Positions 59,083 to 64,000 of a DNA stretch of 64,000 nucleotides are shown piece by piece; the first letter of the stretch is position 1, and every line of letters begins with the position of its first letter. Source of the DNA: Candidatus Latescibacterota bacterium (GTDB lineage Bacteria; Latescibacterota; UBA2968; UBA8231); the NCBI GenBank assembly GCA_964291625.2, contig OZ220090.1, forward strand, positions 928,001 through 992,000, given 5' to 3'. Under the pieces are notes generated by a model that saw only the letters and a list, made by a program, of their open reading frames with translations, did no database searches and had not been told where the DNA came from. The translations under genes were made by a program, and so were the position numbers.

Positions 59083-62000
59083 TCACGAGATCGCCTCCGC
59101 CGCCGGCTCGAGCTCCACCTCGGCCGCCGCCATGGCCACCTCGCGGCAGTGGGCGGCGTGCTCCTCCTGGATGTCGTGCTTCAGCGTCTGCCACACCAGG
59201 AACTGCTTCCGCAGCTCCAGCATGAAGCCGAGGTTGAGGCGCTGCCAGAAGGCCACGGGCCCGCTGATGCGCTCGATGTAGAGGTCGATCTCGCAGATCC
59301 GCGGATGGTCGGTGGGCGCGATGGTGAACTGCAGGTACTGGCTCACCCCCATGTCGAAGGGCGCCAGCCACAGCAGCAGTTGCACGGTGTGCACCTTGGC
59401 GCCGTCCCCTTCCTCCACCAGGACGCGGGTGCGCTCGGTGTACATGCGTCCCACCGACTCGTGGCCGTACGAGGTGAAGAAGGTGTGGAGGTACCCGCAC
59501 AGGGACTCCACGGCGTTGACGTTCACCGTGAAGGGGAAGGGGAAGCGCCAGACGTCGTCCACCGGATCGGGCAGCTGCCAGCGGCGCACCACGTCGGGCA
59601 CGGCCATCTGCGACGCCGTCCGCGCCGGGTAGACGGTGGACAGCAGCACGACGGCGATCACCAGCAGGGCCGAGCTGATGGCCGCCGTCGAGGAGTAGTT
59701 GAGGGAGACCCCGCCCAGCAGATCGAGGGCCAGGAGCACCCGCCCCCCCACCTGGCCGAGGACGTAGCCGATGACCACGCCGAGGACGCCGTAGACGCAG
59801 GACTCGGCGATGAAGAGGAAGGCGATGTGGACCGGCGCCAGGCCCACCGAGGAGTAGACGCCGATCTCGCGGAAGCGCTCGTACACGGCGCCCATCATCG
59901 TGTTGAGGACGATGAGGGCGGCGATGAGCATGGGGATGACGAGGGCGCCCAGGCCCTCCACGCTCGTGGCCCCCATGCTGCTGTAGGCGTAGGTCCTGAG
60001 CTCCCCCTCCTCGTCGGGCATGCCCACGAAGAGGCGGAAGGTCGCCCGCGTGAGGTACTCCTCGATCAGCTCGCGGCTCGGCACCTCCTCGTCGAAGGCG
60101 ATGGCCACCGACATGAGCTCCGCCCCCAGGCTCTCCAGCCGGCCGTAGGGCATGACCGCCAGCCGCGCCGAGGGCAGGTGCTCGTAGCCGACGTCGATGT
60201 CGGCGTCGAGGAAGAAGTTGTTCATCATGAACATCTGGTCGAGGCCGGGCATGTTGAACTGCTCGAACTTCTCCTTCGCCGGCGTCAGGGGCTCGTTGTT
60301 CAGGTCGCGCACGTCCTCGAAGAGATCGGGGTCGTAGATGCCCACGACCTTCCACCCCTGGCCGAAGACGCGCACCAGCGGCCCCTCCCCGCGCTCCACC
60401 GCCTCCACCGGGACGCCGAGCTGCTCGGCCACCGGCGCCGCCAGGATGGTGCTGCTCTCCCCGGGGTCGTCGAACCAGCGGCCGGCGACGAGGGCGCGGT
60501 CGATGCCCGTCACCTCGGTCTCCTCGGGGGTCAGGCCGAGGACGCCGAGGGCGGCCGCCTCCCGCCCCTGGAAGCGCATGGGGATGTAGCCCTCCTCCTC
60601 GAAGCCCATGGTCATCCAGGTCCGCGCCGCCACGGTGCCGGACCCGCCGAAGTGGGAGAACAGGTAGTCGTAGACCGGCGGCTCCCAGGACCACCAGTGG
60701 ATGTCGTGCATGAGGACGCCGCGGTAGAGGGGCTCCCAGTCCTTCTCGAAACCGACGAAGCGGATCGCCGGCTTGAAGGAGGTGAAGGAGAGGACGGTGA
60801 AGGTGAGCATGGTGATCGTCGTCAGCGTCAGGCCCGTGCGCAGGACGCGGCGGCGCATGTTGGAGATGCCGAGCATGAAGGCCACGTAGGCGGTGCCCGA
60901 GCGGCTGAGGTCGCCGCTGGCCGTGCCCGCCGCCCGCTGGCGCAGCTCGGCCATGTAGCTGTTGAACCGCGACATGACGAGGGTGATGACGAAGACGGCC
61001 ATGACCATCACCATGAGGGCCAGGAGCACGATCACCGGGTGGGCCAGCTCGAAGGCCGGGTGCACCTGGGCGAGGATCATCCAGATGACGAGCATGATCG
61101 CCGTGAACCAGACGATCTGGCGGCGGATGTCGGGGGCGGCGAAGAGCAGGCGCTCGGCGAAGAACGCCGCCGGCACCAGGAGGGCGACGAAGAACACGAG
61201 GCCGAGGATGATGTCGTCCTGGGTGCCGCGCACGTCCGGGTAGGCGCGGTACTCCAGGCCGATCGCCTCGCGCACGTACTTGGCGTAGCGGTCCCAGTCG
61301 AGGCCGGCCATCGCCTCCTCGGCCTTCTCCAGGGCGGTCCGCGAGCGCTGGTGCAGGGCGTCGAGGCGCGGGTTCTCGATGGCGAACTGGCGCATGCGCT
61401 CCATGCGCACGTCGTCGAGGCGCCACATGTCCTTCGTCGACTGCAGGCTGGCGTACGGGATCAGGCGCCGCTGCGACAGGTCGAAGCCGGCCCCCTGGGC
61501 GGTGAGCTCGTCCACGGCGCCGGCGTTGTTGAGCAGCACCATCGACTTGTCCACCATGCGCAGCGGCTCCCCGGGCTCGCCGTAGAGGACCATCATCCGC
61601 TCGAGGTAGTCGCCCATGACGAAGCCGTACTGGCGGGGCACGGCGCCGCGGTCGTCGAGGACCTTCATGCTGCGGCTGGAGTTGCCGAAGGTGAAGTGGA
61701 ACCCGGCGTGGATGCGGTCGTGGATCTCGACGCTCTCGGCCTCGAAGAGGATCGTCGTCCACACCGTCTCGGCCTTGGTCAGGCCCTGCTCCCAGGCGCC
61801 GATCTTCTGGGCCCGCTCGCCGTGGTCGGTGGCGAAGGTGACCTCGCCGGTCTCCTTGTCGAGGAGGAAGCCGCGCACCCCGACCTTGCCCTTGGAGAGG
61901 CCCTTGACGGTGTAGTTGCCCGCCTCGTCGGCGAGGGCGATCCACGGCCGCCACATGTCGCCGTAGTAGTCGTGGAGGATGACGACGGTGCCGTGGGGCA

Positions 62001-63870
62001 CCGGGTCCTCGGGGGTGGCGGAGCGCCTCGGCAGGAGCCGCAGCCGGCCCTCGATGGCGACGCGGCGGTCGGGCAGGTTGCGGTCGTGGGCGGGTCGGAG
62101 CTTCTCCCACTCGGACCCGAAGAGGCCGGGGTCGGCCAGGGCCCGGGTGAGGACCTGGTTGATCATCTCGCTCTGGCGCTGCACGTTGCCGAAGTCGACC
62201 CGGTCGGGCCGGTCCAGGGGGCTGTCGAGGACCGCCCGGCGGTCGGTGGTGGTCACCAGGTTGAGGGTCACCAGGCCCACGTCGCGCGCGATCCGGCCGT
62301 CCTCGATGAAGACGTCGTCGTCGAGGTAGCTGTCCCACGACAGGCCCTTGATGGGGCTGACGAGGTTGACGAGACCGTGAGGCTCCCGCCCCAACGCCGC
62401 GGCGGCCCCGGCGGCGTGGCGCGAGAAGCTGCGCCCGAGGGAGACGAAGAACCGGCGGTGGGCGGAGATGCGGGCGCTGTGCACGAGACCGACCTGGTCG
62501 GACTGGCTCGACAGGTCGAGGGCCAGGAAGAGATCGATGTCGAGGCTGTCCGGCTCCAGGCGGATGCCGAGGGAGTCGGGCTTGATGCGCCGGCGCTTGA
62601 GCTGCGCCCCGAGACGCTCCAGGTCGACGGACTCGAGGACCGGCCCGCCCCCCGAGTCGCCCAGCCGCACCCCCAGGGTGTCGAGAGGGATCCCGAGGGC
62701 GGCGGTCTGCCGCACCAGCTTGTCCACCTTCAGCGAGTCGGCGACGAAGCGTTTCGGCATGCGGTTGCGGAACAGGGGCAGCCGGCGCGCGTGCCGGTCG
62801 AGGAACTGGAACAGCCCCTGGTCGCCCTGGAAGTGGGAGCCCGTGGCCACCAGCACCATCGAGCGCGCCGGCGGATGGTCGCGCAGGTGGCGGGCCAGCT
62901 CCAGGAGGGCGGCGACGCCGCAGGCGGCCTCGGCGGCGGGCGCATCGGACGGCACCACCGAGAGGCCGTCGTAGTAGGCGTGGACGGCTACCAGCTCCTC
63001 CGAGAGCTCCGGGTCGACGCCGGGCACGCGGCCCCAGATCGCCCAGGTGGTGTGGCTCTCGAAGTCCATGCGCGCCCGCAGGCGCACCGGGAGCTCGCCG
63101 TCGCCGAGGCGCTGCCGCAGGCCCAGGGCCGCCTGCCGTCCGAGCCAGAACCGGGGTACGTCGACGGGGGTCCAGCTCCACTTGGTGCGCGACTCGAAGT
63201 TCGTCGTCTCCTCGGGCTCGACGAAGACGATCGCCCCGGCGCCGAGGGCGGCGGCGTTCTTCCAGTTCGTCCAGGTGTTGTACTCCATGAGGACGACGGC
63301 GCCGTCCATGACGTGTCCGTTGAAGTCGGCGTGCTCCCCGGCGCCGCCGTAGAACAGGTGTCCGCGCCGGCCCTCGGGCCCGAGGGTGTTGGTGCGCACG
63401 AGGTTCGGCCACATCGACTGCAGCGGGATCGTCTCCACCACGCCGCCGGACTCGTCGAGGAGCTCCATCGAGGCGCCGTGGTCCATGGGCACGACGATGT
63501 CGTAGGGCTCGCGCTGCACCTCCCGTACCCCGGCGGCGCGCAGCTCCCGCTCCACGAAGTCGGCGGCGAAGCGGTCCCCCGGATAGCCGGCGATCCTCGA
63601 TCCGTGGGAGGAGAGCTGGCGGATGGTGTGGGCGATCCGGCCGAAGGCGTCGTCTGCGGCCGTTTCCTGGACTAGCGCGGGGACCGGCGGAGCCGCGTCC
63701 GGCGGGACTTCCGCGGGGGCCGGTGACGCTTCTGTCGGCGGCGCGGCCGCCAGGGCCAGCGCCGGCAGGAGCGGCCAGCGGAACCTCGGGCCTCCTCGGA
63801 GGCGAGACCCGCGAGAAGCCCGCGGCACCAGCGCCGCCAGGGCCGCCAGGCCGGTGAGGACGCTGCGCAT
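59083..63870 (-). CDS. Large membrane protein: PA/M28-peptidase-like N-terminal region fused to FtsX-like permease domains
   Basis: HGSRIAGYPG, VHAYYDG, GVAALLELAR; ISNMRRRVLRTGLT; AVYERFREIGVYSSVG. Start uncertain (ATG 63870; the frame is open to the window edge). Confidence 0.8.
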   Translation of the reverse strand: MRSVLTGLAALAALVPRASRGSRLRGGPRFRWPLLPALALAAAPPTEASPAPAEVPPDAAPPVPALVQETAADDAFGRIAHTIRQLSSHGSRIAGYPGDRFAADFVERELRAAGVREVQREPYDIVVPMDHGASMELLDESGGVVETIPLQSMWPNLVRTNTLGPEGRRGHLFYGGAGEHADFNGHVMDGAVVLMEYNTWTNWKNAAALGAGAIVFVEPEETTNFESRTKWSWTPVDVPRFWLGRQAALGLRQRLGDGELPVRLRARMDFESHTTWAIWGRVPGVDPELSEELVAVHAYYDGLSVVPSDAPAAEAACGVAALLELARHLRDHPPARSMVLVATGSHFQGDQGLFQFLDRHARRLPLFRNRMPKRFVADSLKVDKLVRQTAALGIPLDTLGVRLGDSGGGPVLESVDLERLGAQLKRRRIKPDSLGIRLEPDSLDIDLFLALDLSSQSDQVGLVHSARISAHRRFFVSLGRSFSRHAAGAAAALGREPHGLVNLVSPIKGLSWDSYLDDDVFIEDGRIARDVGLVTLNLVTTTDRRAVLDSPLDRPDRVDFGNVQRQSEMINQVLTRALADPGLFGSEWEKLRPAHDRNLPDRRVAIEGRLRLLPRRSATPEDPVPHGTVVILHDYYGDMWRPWIALADEAGNYTVKGLSKGKVGVRGFLLDKETGEVTFATDHGERAQKIGAWEQGLTKAETVWTTILFEAESVEIHDRIHAGFHFTFGNSSRSMKVLDDRGAVPRQYGFVMGDYLERMMVLYGEPGEPLRMVDKSMVLLNNAGAVDELTAQGAGFDLSQRRLIPYASLQSTKDMWRLDDVRMERMRQFAIENPRLDALHQRSRTALEKAEEAMAGLDWDRYAKYVREAIGLEYRAYPDVRGTQDDIILGLVFFVALLVPAAFFAERLLFAAPDIRRQIVWFTAIMLVIWMILAQVHPAFELAHPVIVLLALMVMVMAVFVITLVMSRFNSYMAELRQRAAGTASGDLSRSGTAYVAFMLGISNMRRRVLRTGLTLTTITMLTFTVLSFTSFKPAIRFVGFEKDWEPLYRGVLMHDIHWWSWEPPVYDYLFSHFGGSGTVAARTWMTMGFEEEGYIPMRFQGREAAALGVLGLTPEETEVTGIDRALVAGRWFDDPGESSTILAAPVAEQLGVPVEAVERGEGPLVRVFGQGWKVVGIYDPDLFEDVRDLNNEPLTPAKEKFEQFNMPGLDQMFMMNNFFLDADIDVGYEHLPSARLAVMPYGRLESLGAELMSVAIAFDEEVPSRELIEEYLTRATFRLFVGMPDEEGELRTYAYSSMGATSVEGLGALVIPMLIAALIVLNTMMGAVYERFREIGVYSSVGLAPVHIAFLFIAESCVYGVLGVVIGYVLGQVGGRVLLALDLLGGVSLNYSSTAAISSALLVIAVVLLSTVYPARTASQMAVPDVVRRWQLPDPVDDVWRFPFPFTVNVNAVESLCGYLHTFFTSYGHESVGRMYTERTRVLVEEGDGAKVHTVQLLLWLAPFDMGVSQYLQFTIAPTDHPRICEIDLYIERISGPVAFWQRLNLGFMLELRKQFLVWQTLKHDIQEEHAAHCREVAMAAAEVELEPAAEAIS

Positions 63871-64000
63871 GCGCGGCCTGGGAGAAACCGGCGCCGCGGG
63901 TGCCGGCGTGGCCGGTGCCGAGAGAAGCGGCCTGCAGCTTGCGCCCGCGCCTCTGCGGAGCCGAGGTCCGCGTGAGGCCGGCGGCACCAGCGCGGCCAAG

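Noticed and set aside
59066-63675. Very long alternative-frame and antisense ORFs (1448 aa, 1508 aa; likewise 60-1292, 1323-2978, 4485-7040, 6982-9300, 44167-46608)
   Set aside because: Shadow ORFs of real genes in high-GC DNA: Arg/Pro/Gly-rich or antisense-in-frame translations without family motifs.

Overview
GC-rich bacterial window. The gene content (PhyH dioxygenases, ankyrin/LRR/Fn3/cadherin proteins, FlgD-Ig C-terminal tails, WGxxK tails) suggests an FCB-related host-associated bacterium such as a sponge symbiont; this is inference only. Layout: (1) 1-2936 (-): a large gene absent from the ORF track, encoding signal peptide + catalytically dead caspase-like domain + PEGA + TM helix + STAND-like P-loop ATPase, behind a near-perfect sigma-54 promoter. 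(2) 3.2-10.6 kb: a CocE / hydantoinase A+B / D-aminoacylase catabolic operon. (3) 10.5-14.1 kb: a toxin-antitoxin hotspot (one intact GNAT/DUF1778 pair, two decayed modules) around an orphan, highly divergent SecY paralogue fused to a DUF2007-like domain. (4) 14.2-17.8 kb: catabolic genes. (5) 17.9-34.6 kb (-): a mosaic tandem array. It holds six short secreted LRR proteins, each with a stand-alone subtilisin-prodomain-like domain and an SWGA(I/L/V)K-type tail, two internally deleted relics, and one ~7.6 kb LRR-prodomain-S8 protease-Fn3/cadherin-FlgD-tail gene. An all-in-one GAF-PAS-kinase-REC-wHTH regulator is transcribed divergently from it. (6) 37-52.5 kb: metabolic genes, including an operon joining comA, a HAD phosphatase and the archaeal-type pantoate kinase / phosphopantothenate synthetase pair. 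(7) 52.7-56.3 kb: ankyrin protein, orphan MNT, aldo/keto reductase and APH-like kinase. (8) 56.3-64 kb (-): an M28-like/FtsX fusion and an OPT-like transporter, separated by a triple-hairpin insert flanked by a 57-bp duplication of the gene start. Many single-base frameshifts, often in homopolymers, look like long-read assembly errors. No rRNA, tRNA, CRISPR array or transposase was recognised.
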